A stretch of 64,000 nucleotides of DNA from Lingula anatina. Taxonomy: Eukaryota; Animalia; Brachiopoda. Where the stretch lies: positions 9,734,001-9,798,000 of the forward strand of contig CM120645.1 in the NCBI GenBank assembly GCA_051362555.1. The letters are read 5' to 3'. Positions 36,950 to 49,501 of the stretch are shown here, piece after piece. Position 1 is the stretch's first letter; each line of letters begins with the position of its first letter. The notes beneath the pieces are model-generated. The model did not search any database and was not told the origin of the DNA. It saw only the letters and a program-made list of their open reading frames with translations. Position numbers and translations under genes: made by a program.

Positions 36950-39700
36950 AACTAGAGGATCAGAGAGGCGATACCGCCTCCAAATATTGTACCACCAGCT
37001 GGAGCAAACGCATTCGTATAGACCCCCACATACACAAAATAAGGGACACAGCCACCAGTTTTGTGCTTGACAAGCTGTAAAAATGCAATCAACAAGAATT
37101 TTTAAACTATTGCAAAAAATATATATGGTACAATCAAATTTAAGTTCTTCGTAAGGTAGGTCAAGGGTCAATTTCAAGGTCACAGTAAATTGCCAGTATA
37201 TGACTTCCTATTCAAGTTCAAGAGTAACTATGGACCTATCTCTGTCAAGTTTGAAGTTAAAAGAGAAAGAAATAAACAGAGTTCAGTTCATGATAAAAAG
37301 TAGGTCAAAGGTCAATTTCAAGGTCACACTTAGATTGCCAGTATAGGACTTCCTATTCAACTTCAATAGTAACTATGGACCTATCTCAGCCAGTTTTGGA
37401 GATAAAAGGGAAGCAAAATTTGCAAAATTCAGTTCATGGTGAAAAGTAGGTCAAAGGTCAATTTCAAGGTCACATTTAGATTGCCAGTATATGACTTTCT
37501 ATTCAAGTTCAATAGTAACTATGGACCTATCTCAGCCAGTTTTGGAGATAAAAGGGAAGAAAAGTTTGCAAAGTTCAGTTCATGGTGAAAAGTAGGTCAA
37601 AGGTCAATTTCAAGGTCACATTTAGATTGCCAGTATATGACTTCCTATTCAAGTTCAATAGTAACTATGGACCTATCTCTGCCAGTTTTGGAGATAAAAG
37701 GGAAGAAAAATTTGCAAAGTTCAGTTTATGGTGAAAAGTAGGACAAAGGTCAATTTTAAGGTCACATTTAGATTGCCAGTATATGACTTCCTATTCAAGT
37801 TCAATAGTAACTATGGACCTATCTCAGCCAGTTTTGGAGATAAAAGGGAAGAAAAGTTTGCAAAGTTCAGTTCATGGTGAAAAGTAGGTCAAAGGTCAAT
37901 TTCAAGGTCACATTTAGATTGCCAGTATATGACTTCCTATTCAAGTTCAATAGTAACTATGGACCTATCTCTGCCAGTTTTGGAGATAAAAGGGAAGAAA
38001 AATTTGCAAAGTTCAGTTTATGGTGAAAAGTAGGACAAAGGTCAATTTTAAGGTCACATTTAGATTGCCAGTATATGACTTCCTATTCAAGTTCAATAGT
38101 AACTATGGACCTATCTCTGCCAGTTTTGGAGATAAAAGGGAAGCAAATTTTGCAAAGTTCAGTTTATGGTGAAAAGTAGGTCAAAGGTCAATTTCAAGGT
38201 CACATTTAGATTGCCAGTATATGACTTTCTATTCAAGTTCAATAGTAACTATGGACCTATCTCTGCCAGTTTTGGAGATAAAAGGAAAGCAAAATTTGCA
38301 AAATTCAGTTCATGGTGAAAAGTAGGTCAAAGGTCAATTTTAATGTCACATATAGATTGCCAGTATATGACTTCCTATTCAAGTTCAATAGTAACTACGG
38401 ACCTATCTCTGCCAGTTTTGGAGATAAAAGGAAAGCAAAATTTGCAAAATTCAGTTCATGGTGTAAAGTAGGTCAAAGGTCAATTTTAAGGTCACATTTA
38501 GATTGCCAGTATATGACTTCCTATTCAAGTTCAATAGTAACTATGGACCTATCTCTGCCAGTTTTGGAGATAAAAGGGAAGAAAAATTTGCAAAGTTCAG
38601 TTCATGGTGAAAAGTAGGTCAAAGGTCAATTTCAAGGTCATAGTAAGATTGCCAGTATATGACTTCCTATTCAACTTCAATAGTAACTATGGACCTATCT
38701 CTGCCAGTTTTGGAGATATAAGGGACTAGATGTTATAATTTTGGAGTTACCATAATGTGCCTTAAATTTCGTACAGAAAAAATTAATTAAAATAAAGAAA
38801 ATGTCATTTTGGTCAAAATTCTTGAAATAGGAGGTGCTCTGAAGTTTCAGAAGTTCAAATTTGATGAAATAATGTCATTTTTGAACACAAGTTGTCTGCT
38901 TTGCCAAGCCTTATGTTTTATTTTTCCAGAGTTCAAAATTTATTATCCATTACCGTACTGCACATTTTGCTTTTACCACCAATATGTACTTTTTGATACA
39001 GCGTAACTCGAAAACCGTATGGAATACAAAAAAACCGAGACCACCTCCAGTGTTGGGCTTTACATGCTCTACAAAATGCAAAAAAGAATGGGTCTCTAGC
39101 ATTAACGGTTCCCGAATTAGAGACAGTTTTCAGTTTCGGTATCTTATGGCCGCTACTCCCGTGAAAATGCACCGATTGACCCCAAATTCATGGAGATGAA
39201 AGATGACCTGAAGGGTAACACTTTCCAATAATATTATTGGTTAAGTCTGTGTGGTGTCTGAATAACAGGGCAAAAAAATTTTTTTTCGTAAAAAATTTCA
39301 TTTTTTTGAAAATTTTGGCCCATTTGACCTTGAAGTAGAGGTCAAAGGTCAAATCCAAGGGTATATTTGAAATCTACACATATGACTTTTGGAAAGCCGT
39401 CTATAGAAATTTTTCCCATAACTCCTTCCGTAGGGTAGATAATTAGCATTTAATTTTGCCATTTTTAGACAAGGGTGCATTGCAATGAGTGCCACACCCA
39501 GACCCCAATACCGACAAAGCCCAAATTTTACGTGGAACGAGTTGAGATTATAGGTGACCTAAATCCATGAGATGGGTACGGGGGCCCTTACCGTCTAGGA
39601 GGAGAAGCGGTAACGGTAGCCGTCCGGTGGAGCCGGCGGAACGATCCGGACGAGACCGAAACCATGTGTACCGCCAGCGCTAACGCTGGTGGTACAATAA
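36950..39700 (-). mobile_element. Large non-autonomous Helentron-associated element (HINE) carrying a central tandem array
   Basis: Palindrome gtaccgccagcg-ctaa-cgctggtggtac (39668-39695). SubTIR ttgtaccaccagc (36987-36999) is inverted to 39685-39697. Hairpin gaggcg-atac-cgcctc (36965-36980) is followed on the minus strand by a CTAGTT terminus at ~36950. Confidence 0.85.
37156..38722. repeat. Tandem array of ~11 copies of a 146-bp unit
   Basis: gtaggWcaaaggtca recurs at 37300, 37446, 37592, 37738, 37884, 38030, 38176, 38322, 38468 and 38614 (period exactly 146), with a diverged first copy at 37156. Confidence 0.97.
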
Positions 39701-39818
39701 TCTAACCACTGATCCAGTTAAAAACTTTGACTTGACTTTATCCAGCTGTGCATCCACAACTTATCACAGCCTGGAATGAACCCACAGTATGTTACAAAAG
39801 ATCTTACATATGACATAA

Positions 39819-40020
39819 GGCTGTATTCCCAGAACTTTTAGATCGATCTATCCCTGCGGGGAGTCTCACTAGATTACTGTCAGATAATCCGGCTTAAATG
39901 TCCGTCCCGCCTACTACAAGCTGTAAGGGGGTAATTAACTTTCGTGTCCGCCCGGCTGACAGCTATTTAGCGTGAACCCCCAGGGAGTTAGGTCGATCTA
40001 AAGTAGATCTAAAGACTTTG
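39819..40020. mobile_element. PIF/Harbinger-like MITE, copy 2 (inverted relative to 25206-25430)
   Basis: taa-ggctgtattcccagaacttttagatcgatctatccctgcggggagtctcactagattactgtcag... is the reverse complement, with substitutions, of 25260-25430; right end degraded. Confidence 0.75.
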
Positions 40021-41980
40021 GCCCATTATATCATTAAATGCCTTCCTGTGTTTGCATGCCCTAGGCTTATTTTGACTGAGATCTACTTAATTAAGACAAA
40101 GCCTGTTTCATAACTAATTTAAGACTAATTATCATCACAAGATTGCAGGCAGACCCCACTCAGTCTACAGACAAAGCTTATTTTGTAATGAAAATAAGAC
40201 TAATTCCTCTCATCAGATAAATTGGATTCCAGGAGACCCCAGAGTCTCAGAGAATCAAAATCTCAGGTTAACAGCTTTTTTCTGATGATGCAAATTAGCT
40301 TCATTTCTTTTCCAAGGCAGTACTCATCTCGGAATACTAAGAATGCATCAGGTGACACCTCACTGATTACTTCAACCTAGACCCAGCCCTAAAACTAAAA
40401 TCAATCAGTCATCTGAATGGCAAAGTTACAATATTGTCAAATCTTCTGTGATGAGTATTCAAATAGAAAGAGCATAAAAATGACCAAGCACATGCCAATT
40501 GGTTTAAGTGCACGCGCTTAGCTAAATATAAAACCTCAATTTGTGGGGATCTGGGGCTTTTCATTTCACAACGAAGTTCATCACTTTCAGAAGCTGATAA
40601 ATCATGTCTGACTTTTCTCGGTGACATCAGTATATTATCACACATGCTGTATTGTCTATGCATTGAGAATCTATTCAACAAGGAGGCATGTATGTTAAAC
40701 AGAAGACCTAGGTGTTGACTGTAAGGTATCAGAATACAGTACTTGGCTGTGTATCAAGAGGCAGGCCTAAAGACAGCAGTTTCGGTGGGCAGGGGTGGAC
40801 AGTGGGGGTGTGGGGTCCTTTTTTTTAGAAAAAAAACTTTTTTACCCCTTCAGATGACCCAACTTAAAAACGAGCACAGAACATGTATCAAATGCTATCT
40901 TTTCAAAATGTTATGTCTTCAACCAAATGGCCACTGAACAACTTTCACAGATTGAAAGTGTGACTCTAGTATTAGTCACAGCTTCTTTCTACCATTCTTA
41001 AATCATCCACTGCACTCAACGAGATTAAAAAACTTAACTCTTCTCCAAATACAAAATGCCTAGCTTTTAATCACCATGGACTCTTTACTCTGCTGTGAAT
41101 GTTCAGACAAGTAGGCAGAGCAAATACCACCAACATCAGCTAACTTCACATGAAACTACTGTTAACTAGCGGGTGACGTCAACCAGGGAAAATTTTCATC
41201 CATCACGTCCGACGCGTCCCCACCTAGCACCAGTCAACGTGACTGCAGGCAATGGTAATGGCTGCTGGGAAGTCTGGTTCCTATCTACACTGAAAACTGA
41301 TTCATCATATGGAAGTTATCACTTAAAATATTTAACATTGACACCCGCTCACTTCTAGATTGACAAGATTTATCAATAAGAAAAAAATTTGACCCTGGTT
41401 TGACTTAACCACTTCAGGAAGAGGGGTTATCTTTCCTAGCCTCAGCCACTGTTCTTTCCTCATTAATTTTCATTTTTCTCTCTTCTTCTCCCCCCCCCCC
41501 CCCATATGACCTGTGGAAAAAAATCAATCATTCATTAAGTAGCTACAGTCTCCATAATAAACATTTCTCTCCCATATCACTATTTCTCCTTTTCATCTAC
41601 ATCATTCAACTTCTGTTGTGAGCATAAACTCATGTCTCTGCAAATGTACTCAATACAATTATAACTTTTAATACTTAACATAAAATTCTATAAAAAATGA
41701 TCTTATTTTCAACTGAGAGTCCCAATATACAACCCTATCCTTGCAGTGCGGTGTCAGGTGTACTTATTCTTGTCCTTAATGTCATTGCTGAATTGTTAAG
41801 CAATTCCGTTGACGTAAAAGCTGATACGCTACAATTTACTTTTCTGCCTTCCATTTCCTTGCCACCCATATTGTTAGAGAGAGTATAGAGTAAGGTTCCA
41901 GTATTTTTGCACCCAAGGCCCCTTTGAGTGCTGCAACATGGAAACCATTGCCACAGCCCCCCCCCCCCAAAAAAAAAACA

Positions 41981-41983
<3 letters not shown>

Positions 41984-42055
<72 letters not shown>
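41984..42055. repeat. (AC)36 microsatellite
   Basis: Direct observation. Confidence 0.95.
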
Positions 42056-42056
<1 letters not shown>

Positions 42057-42873
42057 AACTATATCCTACTTCAGATAAATGCACCTGTATTAACTGCTGT
42101 TTGGTACAGCTATGACTAAGCATATACTACAAACTTCCAAGTTTGTCATTTCTTGTATGCTCCTGTCTAGAGTAACACTGTGCCTGGTTTTGACTTTATG
42201 AAATTCACATAACGCAAATAAATTGATGATACTACTAATTTCTGGACTCAAGTTGCTGCTTGCTACACTGTGTACTACCGAAATTCAACATGCTATCGTA
42301 TTATGCAATAATTACCAAGTTTTTGAAATCAAAACAGTAAAATTAATCTGAAAAGGAAAGCCTGAAGATTTGAGTGGGCAGACAGACATACATCCCCAAA
42401 AAACAGACCAATCAATTAAAATGTTGACTTTAATGGGATCAGCCTTATCTCGGTTCTGTTTTGATGTTAAATATACTTTACACCTTTCTAATCGCAAAAT
42501 ACAAATCCAGGACAAGTAATCTAGAACCTTGATCTAAAACAAGTAAACAGACTAAATGAACCAATCCATAACAGCCTACTTTGTCAGAGCAGAAAAAATT
42601 ATATCCTATTTTGATAAGCAACATTTTACCTTCCTTTTAACATACGTTCACACAAGGACACACTTACAAAATTGACAAAATATAAATCAAAATTCACACC
42701 AAAGTACCTCTTTGGTTAGGTAGGCAACAAAGTGACATTAAGCTATTTGTTATCCTTTTTTCTTGGATTCATAACAATTTACACCATTCATACACATCTA
42801 AGAATTTGCAATTTTACTATGGCCTTCATAAAAAAGACAGTTTCCTTAATTACAATAATTAGTTTGGTATTAA

Positions 42874-43884
42874 CCCTCAAGTGACCGAGTGGGGTCATTT
42901 ACGACCCCAGCCATATGATTTAATGTGCCATCTCTTTATTTTTTATTCGAATTTTCTTTCCTTGCATGAGTTTGTCAGTCTATACTAATCCTACACACTT
43001 TCACAGTTTTTTGTAGGGATCAACCAATTAGTGTGGCGTATACATCACAAACTCTTGTGGGGTCATTTATGACCCCAGAGAGAAGCATTGGTTTTAAATA
43101 TTCGTTTTTAAATTTTATTCAAATGTTTTGCCTACGCAATACTGACAGGAAAATGTCACATGCATGTGCTTCATGCAACCAGTCAGTGTGCCCAAAACAT
43201 AGGCACAAATAAATGGTTTGTGAAGATTATGCTTGAAGTGTTACTAATAGTGCATCGCTGAATCTAATTTCAGTAGCTTTGTTGGAACTTGTTCTCATAA
43301 CTGGGTCTCTCATTTTGACGTTACAATTTTCGGGTATTTCGGAAGTCTAAAGAATTATGTCGATATCATATTATACATATATTAACAAATTATTTGTGTG
43401 GATTTTATTTTATACACAGATGTAGTAGTAACATACATGTAGGTTGATTGAATGTGTTCTGAGTAGTACTACTCAGCACGTCAGCTAATTATTCTTATTG
43501 AAGTTAGCAGGATGCTATCTCAACATATGTCAACATATTTTCACTCAAAGTAATTTTGTAATGTACCTTTTTCATTTAGCATGGCAAATAAAAAGATACA
43601 TATTTCTGCAAGTGGAAACTGACAATGACTGTCTAAATACCGGTGTAATGTTGTTCTTAAAATCTGTGCTTGGTTATTTCATGCAATAAAAGTATTATTA
43701 CTAAATACTTATTACATTAGATCATTATAAAATACTTGTCTTAAATCCTGGGAGTAGTATAGGTGTGATAAACCCTCAACAGCCTTTTATAATAAGGATC
43801 CCTGTACAGAGCACAATGGGGTCATACATGTAGATGACCCCACTTGGTCATTTCAGTCAGTAAAATAGCTTGGTCTCTTGAGGG
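42874..43884. mobile_element. Non-autonomous piggyBac element, 1011 bp
   Basis: TTAA at 42870-42873 and 43885-43888; CCC...GGG termini. TIR ccctcaagtgaccgag vs ccctcaagagaccaag (14/16). Subterminal palindromes tggggtc...gacccca at 42890, 43058 and 43817. Confidence 0.88.
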
Positions 43885-45939
43885 TTAAGCAAACTTGTGT
43901 ACGTAATCTGGAGAGATTACAGTCAATAAGGACTGTGCCAACCTCAAGACAAATCACAGGAATTTAGGGAATGAAATCTGACTGAAAATAAATACCAAAT
44001 TTTTACAGTCTTAATACCTGAATTTAGTTGAAACTTCAATACTGATGTCTTAAAGGGTGAATATATCTTTTTTATTGTAAAGAAATGCTTAGAAGTAGGG
44101 AGTATTACAGTTGAACAAAATATACGAGAACATATTACAGAAGATTACATCACAATAAACACCAAGACTTTACCAGAAACCAATTAGAAACATCAGCAAG
44201 TAACACATATTGGGCAATCTATGGTGAAATCTACTCAAATAACTGAAATCAATGGGCATTTAGATTATGTCCAACTGAACATGATGATAACTGTCAAGCT
44301 GTACAAAGTAATCAGACTCTGACCATACTTTAATTGTAGTCAAGATAAGAAAGCAGACATTGATCTGACTGTGCTGGGAGTTAAGACTGGCCTAGACAGC
44401 GAGGAGAGGGGAGGGGAGGGGAAGGGGGGGGGGGAAGGGGAAGGGGAAGCTGGGGAACAGCTTATAGGACCACATAATAACAGCATTGAGCTTGTGGTTT
44501 ATCTGAAATTTTATTCAACATCTAGACTGAAGAAATTTGACCATGCAAGATGAACTGAAAAACAAAATATCCCTGAATAGCGTTTTAAAATACCAATGTT
44601 TAATATCCAAACCTTAGTTTTTCTGATGAAAGAAAAAGAAAAATCAATGAAAAGTTTGAACTGGTGGTCTGTACTTCAATGCCCACCCAAAAGTGACATG
44701 CCATAGCTGAGTAACCTTAAGAACTACACTGTTGTCATGATTATTGTTCTGGGCATGTTATTCTAAATAATTTAACTAGTTTTATGTTCAACATCTCCCC
44801 TTTCCCATTCAAATAATTTTTTTCCATCAGCTGTGAATATTCATCCTCTTATAATAGCATTTATCTTCTCTCTCTCTCTCTCATAAAAAAGACCATTTGA
44901 CGGATTGACAAAATAACATCAATGATGTTTTGATTTTCTAAACAAGGAACAAAGTACCATTATCCAGCTGTTCTATAAGTGGAAAGTGGAACACTGTACC
45001 ACAATGGGCCTTCCTCTTATCAAAAATCTACACACATCACCTCTTGAAGATATCTCTTCCCCTCAACTTCCTTTACATCGAGATCATAGTGCTTGCATAC
45101 TCTTAAGAAAATATTTACACTCTGAAGTCAAATACATTTCAGTAATGAACCAAAACTACAGGGACAAAAAAGTCTTCAAATTATAGATATTCATGTGCGT
45201 CAAAAACAAGATGTCTAAACATTTACTCCTTTAGGTCATGAGAACAAAATAGAGGTAATGATTTCTATCGCATTACATAAACCTACATTATTTACAATGT
45301 ATAGTAGCTAAGATACGGTAACCATGTAAAGAATTGATTTTATATCGAAGCTCAGAACTGCCTCAAGGAAAGGAGTGGGTACGATGTGTTGGAGGAGACA
45401 AAGATTGTAAGTATGAGGCATTGATTTGTTAAACATCAGGGGGAATGCCACCCTTATTGCGATAGAGAAGACAACTGGGTTGTGAACGAGAAAACACAAT
45501 GTGGCCAAATATGAGCACCTGACCTCACTAAGACAAAGCTGCATAAAACAATTTTAACTGTAGAAATCTCTATACATGCTGGGGTTTTACTTTTTAACAC
45601 GTGCATCCTTAGGATAAGTTTACGTACAAGTTCCACGTCCACTGAGCAATTTTTTTTGTTCTACATTGCATTCCATATGAAAGAGCTTCTCAAGGCTTTT
45701 CTGTATTCACTGCACTTTTAACAACACTTCATTGCTTTCACTTTTCAATTCACCTTTGGATTTTTACATCACCACTCTTCAAACTTCTTTTTTTTTTAAA
45801 TGCACTTAAATAACACACCAAAGTCACAACAAAAACATACGGACATACATATCCACAGGCACACACCAACGAGCACACTACCTGCCATTCAGGCCTCTGG
45901 ACTCTGGGGCACACACCCTTCTACTCACCATGTCCACGT

Positions 45940-46168
45940 CTACTTCCCACTCCTACAACAGAACCTATTAGAACACTCCAGGTTCTGGCATCCACTGGCC
46001 TCCTCAGGGTACGGGCCGTCCAGCAGGTTATCGCAGTAGTACAGCTCTTCCACATTCAGGGCGTGGCAGGTGTCCACCAGGCTGGTCAGGGCTTGACCAC
46101 TCAGGTTACTGCAGCCGGACAGGTCAAGGTGTCGCAGGCGGGGAAGGCCATGGTTGCTGGCTAAAGCT
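45940..46168 (-). CDS. FBXL5: FBXL5 exon 9 (last): LRR and C-terminal [2Fe-2S] Cys motif
   Basis: Acceptor ttttag|46168. Reads ALASNHGLPRLRHLDLSGCSNLSGQALTSLVDTCHALNVEELYYCDNLLDGPYPEEASGCQNLECSNRFCCRSGK*, matching the human end YYCDNINGP...ASGCQNLQC...CCRSGE. Confidence 0.95.
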
Positions 46169-46917
46169 CTAAAATAGGCATAATGTCCAATTAAGCGATG
46201 GCAAGAAAATTCAGATTGGACTCTGTTATAATCTATTGACTTTTGGTCTTAATAGGGTGGTTGCTGCTTAACTTGTAAACACCGCCATGAAAACTTGCAG
46301 CCTAAGTAAGCCAAAGTTTCTGCACAAAGAAGCACATCAAATGCTCAGGTCACCAAGTTTAATTAACATCATGGTCTGCCAGCTATGAAATAGATCTTTT
46401 CTGTCAGGCTCTTAATTTCAGGGGACATAGTTAAGACAAAAGGGTAAATGGGGCTTCTTTTTCAAAACTGACTACAGTGAAACTGAAAGAGTAAATGCAC
46501 AGACTTATTCGAAGGTCTATAATAAATGAACTATAAAACAATTGCTGAAAAAGAAAATTTTGAAAGAAACAAATACAATACAGATTCATCTAGAGCTCCC
46601 CACTGATAACTCTTCACTTTCCAACTGACAGTTTAATAATGATTCTAAAAGCAACTTTAATGTGATATGCAGCCATTTACTGGCACAATTTCTACCACAG
46701 CTCTCTGGACTTCAAGAACTTAAGTTTGGTCAATATTCATCAGATTGTCCCTACAGTTGCAGATGACTCCAACCCAATTTTCATACTATGGAAATAGTAA
46801 TTCTTAGACCCTTATTAAACAATCTGCCTTATGTGAATCCATTCACCAAGATAATTAAGTAAACAAGTATTGAACAAGATTGGTTTTCTTCTCTTTACTC
46901 CTGTCTCCCCCACAAAC

Positions 46918-47514
46918 CTCAATCCAACATCAGTGACCATGCAGCAACCAGATAAGTCCAGATATTCCAGAGTCTTTTTCACATCTATCACATCAAACTG
47001 CGGCTTCTCTACCGCAATCTGCCTCTCCTCTGTCAGGAGTCTGGAACAGTTCTCAATGCTGCCGACATTTCCCGTCTGGTGGGGGCAGTTCTGGCACGTG
47101 GACATCACCTGACCTTCCACTTGGGGGACACCCCCCAGCTCCAGCATTGTAAACGTCCTTTGGAGCTGGGATTCAAATGAATCGAAGTCTATATACTGAT
47201 GGGGTAACACTGTGGTGCTGCCATCTATACTATCACAGGACAGCTTTTCATCGTCGTCTTGCATACTGGGCTCTTCTGCGTGATCTTCATATTCACCACA
47301 AGGGGGAGGAACCTGTGCATGACAGTCGTATTTCTCTTGGTAAATGTCTTTGTCGTCAGATTTGTTGTTCTGGCAGCAGAATTCCTCGGTCCATACTGCC
47401 TCCAACCCTCCGCTGAGAGCCTGAGACAGCTTGATTAGTGTATAGTCTGTTATGTTTGCACAGCCTGACAAGATCAGGGTTTTCAGCTTGCTACCACAGC
47501 CGTCCTTACCCAGT
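46918..47514 (-). CDS. FBXL5: FBXL5 exon 8: LRRs and variable acidic/Cys-rich insert
   Basis: Acceptor ttccag|47514, donor AG|gtttgt 46917. Reads LKTLILSGCANITD...LEYLDLSGCCMVTDVGL. Confidence 0.9.
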
Positions 47515-47912
47515 CTGGAAGTAAACACAGTGTTGTAATTATATACAAATTATAATTCATGAATTAGGACAATATAACCCCCCCACCTTACCATATTATT
47601 TGAGCATGCTGCGAATAAAATTTAACATTAAATTCTTCTTTAATGAGAGGCTAATGGCTGTAATTTTACAGCCATTTTCATCTTACTGAAATTCAGTGTA
47701 AATTGATTCTGTAATTCTGTGACCAGATGATATAATAAAGTATACAGAGAAATATGTAATAGCAGACATTTGCATAAAACTTAATCTCATTATCAGTGAT
47801 ACAGTTTGCTGATTGTAATTGCAATCTTATCTCTGATACGTTCAAAAGCATTTTTTTTTCACTTCCATAATTACTTATTCTGCGAGGGGTCAATGATATC
47901 CATACTGTTTAC

Positions 47913-47995
47913 CTTTTAAATGCAGTGTCAGACACATTGGTTTGTTTGACATCCAGGTGCTGCACATTGGGGCAGTGCTTCAACATCTTACTCAG
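47913..47995 (-). CDS. FBXL5: FBXL5 exon 7 (LRR)
   Basis: ttttcag|LSKMLKHCPNVQHLDVKQTNVSDTAFK|gtaaac; compare human CPNLEHLDLTQTDISDSAF. Confidence 0.92.
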
Positions 47996-48305
47996 CTGAA
48001 AATAACATTTTATTCACATTTTTCAGATATATTTGGCTGCTTTCTCACATTATACTAAAGCATAAAACTATTTAACTGCAAAAAATTGCATTTACTATTT
48101 TGTGCTCTCCTAGAAGTATAATGTAACCAAGTTCTTCAATATGTCAGCAACTGTTTGTTTTTTTAAATCTTTTTATGCCATCTTTCCAACATTGGACTAA
48201 TTTTTGATCATATTTATCTATAAATACATATTTAACTGACCTAAATAATCTTATAATTATTATTATTACCACTGTAATTGTTAGTATCATAACTTATTAA
48301 CATAC

Positions 48306-48419
48306 CAGCCCATTGGTAATAGCCTTGCTGTGAGCAACACTCAGCGTTTCAACAGACTTCCCCACCTTTGGCAGCAAGTTCTTTGTGATACTGACTAGGA
48401 CTCGAGCTTCTTGGCGTAG
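48306..48419 (-). CDS. FBXL5: FBXL5 exon 6
   Basis: tttttag|LRQEARVLVSITKNLLPKVGKSVETLSVAHSKAITNGL|gtatgt; compare human NVLPYVGTSVKTLVLAYS. Confidence 0.92.
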
Positions 48420-48758
48420 CTAAAAAATATTCAAATTTCATTTGTACAAATGACTTAGGTTAAGTACTGCACCATTATGCATACCTTGTAGTCAAAATAC
48501 AGAAATCTTTCTTACATAATTCAAGACTTTTTCCAATTCAGTTAAGAGAATTATTGCAAGAGTTCACAGATTCTGAAAATAACTGAAAACTTGCTTTTGG
48601 CACCTAGCATTGCAAATCAATTCTTTATGTATAATTTTCAACAGCACCAATTTGAATTGTCTCAATTTTAGTTAGTCCTAGTCTTGATAATACACAGGAG
48701 CAGCCTTAGGTTTCCCCAGTGAGGCTCTGATTATAGAAATCATATTTTGACACCATAC

Positions 48759-48916
48759 CTGCTTTATGTTCTCATTGTAACTATCATTGCTGCTGTGACT
48801 ACTGTCACTGTCATAGGTCTCATCAATGTCAGCATCATCATCAATGACAACGTAGCGGTCTTCACTGAAATCCTCTGGCTCCTGCTCCAAGTCAGGGCCA
48901 CTGAAGCTCCAATTAC
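48759..48916 (-). CDS. FBXL5: FBXL5 exon 5
   Basis: tttcag|GNWSFSGPDLEQEPED...DDDADIDETYD...NIKQ|gtatgg; compare human DEDADIDE. Confidence 0.92.
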
Positions 48917-49321
48917 CTGAAATAGTTGGAAGAAAAGACCTCTTGTATTCATGAACTTAGTTTCAATGAATTAGTTTCTTATCTGAATTTAGAAATATAC
49001 AAATATGGCCATATTTTTTAATATAATATGAAAATTGGATGATAAGTTATTTTAATTTATTACACACATCAAACTCCAAAAGAAGTGTTCCATAAAATCT
49101 CAACCCTAAAAACTAGCATTTACATCCGTGACAATCAGGTTTCTTGTATTTCTATCAGGTTTCTTGCAGGTAAATATTTTGAAGGTCCTAACAGTGATCC
49201 AATCCTTGCTTTTAACTTATGCACAGTCAAACCCAAAAATCACCCCAACTCCATGCATGCACCCACCCACACACACCCACACCTACCCACCCACCCACCC
49301 ACACACACAGTTTTCCCCTAC

Positions 49322-49501
49322 CTTGAGCCCACTGCACTGGATATATTGCCTTCCACAACTGTCCATCCATGGTCAGTGTATTCCAGGTCTTGCACACCTG
49401 AGCACACCTGGCCAGATCCCGGGGATTCAGGTAAGAGAAAATGTTGACCAACACCTCAGGGGGGAGCTCTACCTGGGACCTTTCTCTGGAACTCTCTTTT
49501 T
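49322..49501 (-). CDS. FBXL5: FBXL5 exon 4 (F-box)
   Basis: Reads LPPEVLVNIFSYLNPRDLARCAQVCKTWNTLTMDGQLWKAIYPVQWAQ; donor G|gtaggg. An alternative in-frame acceptor 12 nt upstream (49513) is possible. Confidence 0.92.

Noticed and set aside
38312-38617. 101-aa ORF
   Set aside because: Chance open frame through the 146-bp tandem units.
37156-38722. Regularly spaced repeats as a possible CRISPR array
   Set aside because: Whole 146-bp units repeat with no unique spacers, there are no cas genes, and the context is eukaryotic; it is a tandem array within a HINE.
41735-42123. Cys-Val and His-Thr repeat ORFs (also YI repeats at 56576-56884 and SL/poly-P at 36300-36640)
   Set aside because: Microsatellite and homopolymer translation artefacts.
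45300-45940. Iron-responsive element in the FBXL5 3' UTR
   Set aside because: CAGUG loops on the minus strand at ~45640 and ~45708 lack the 5-bp upper stem and C bulge.
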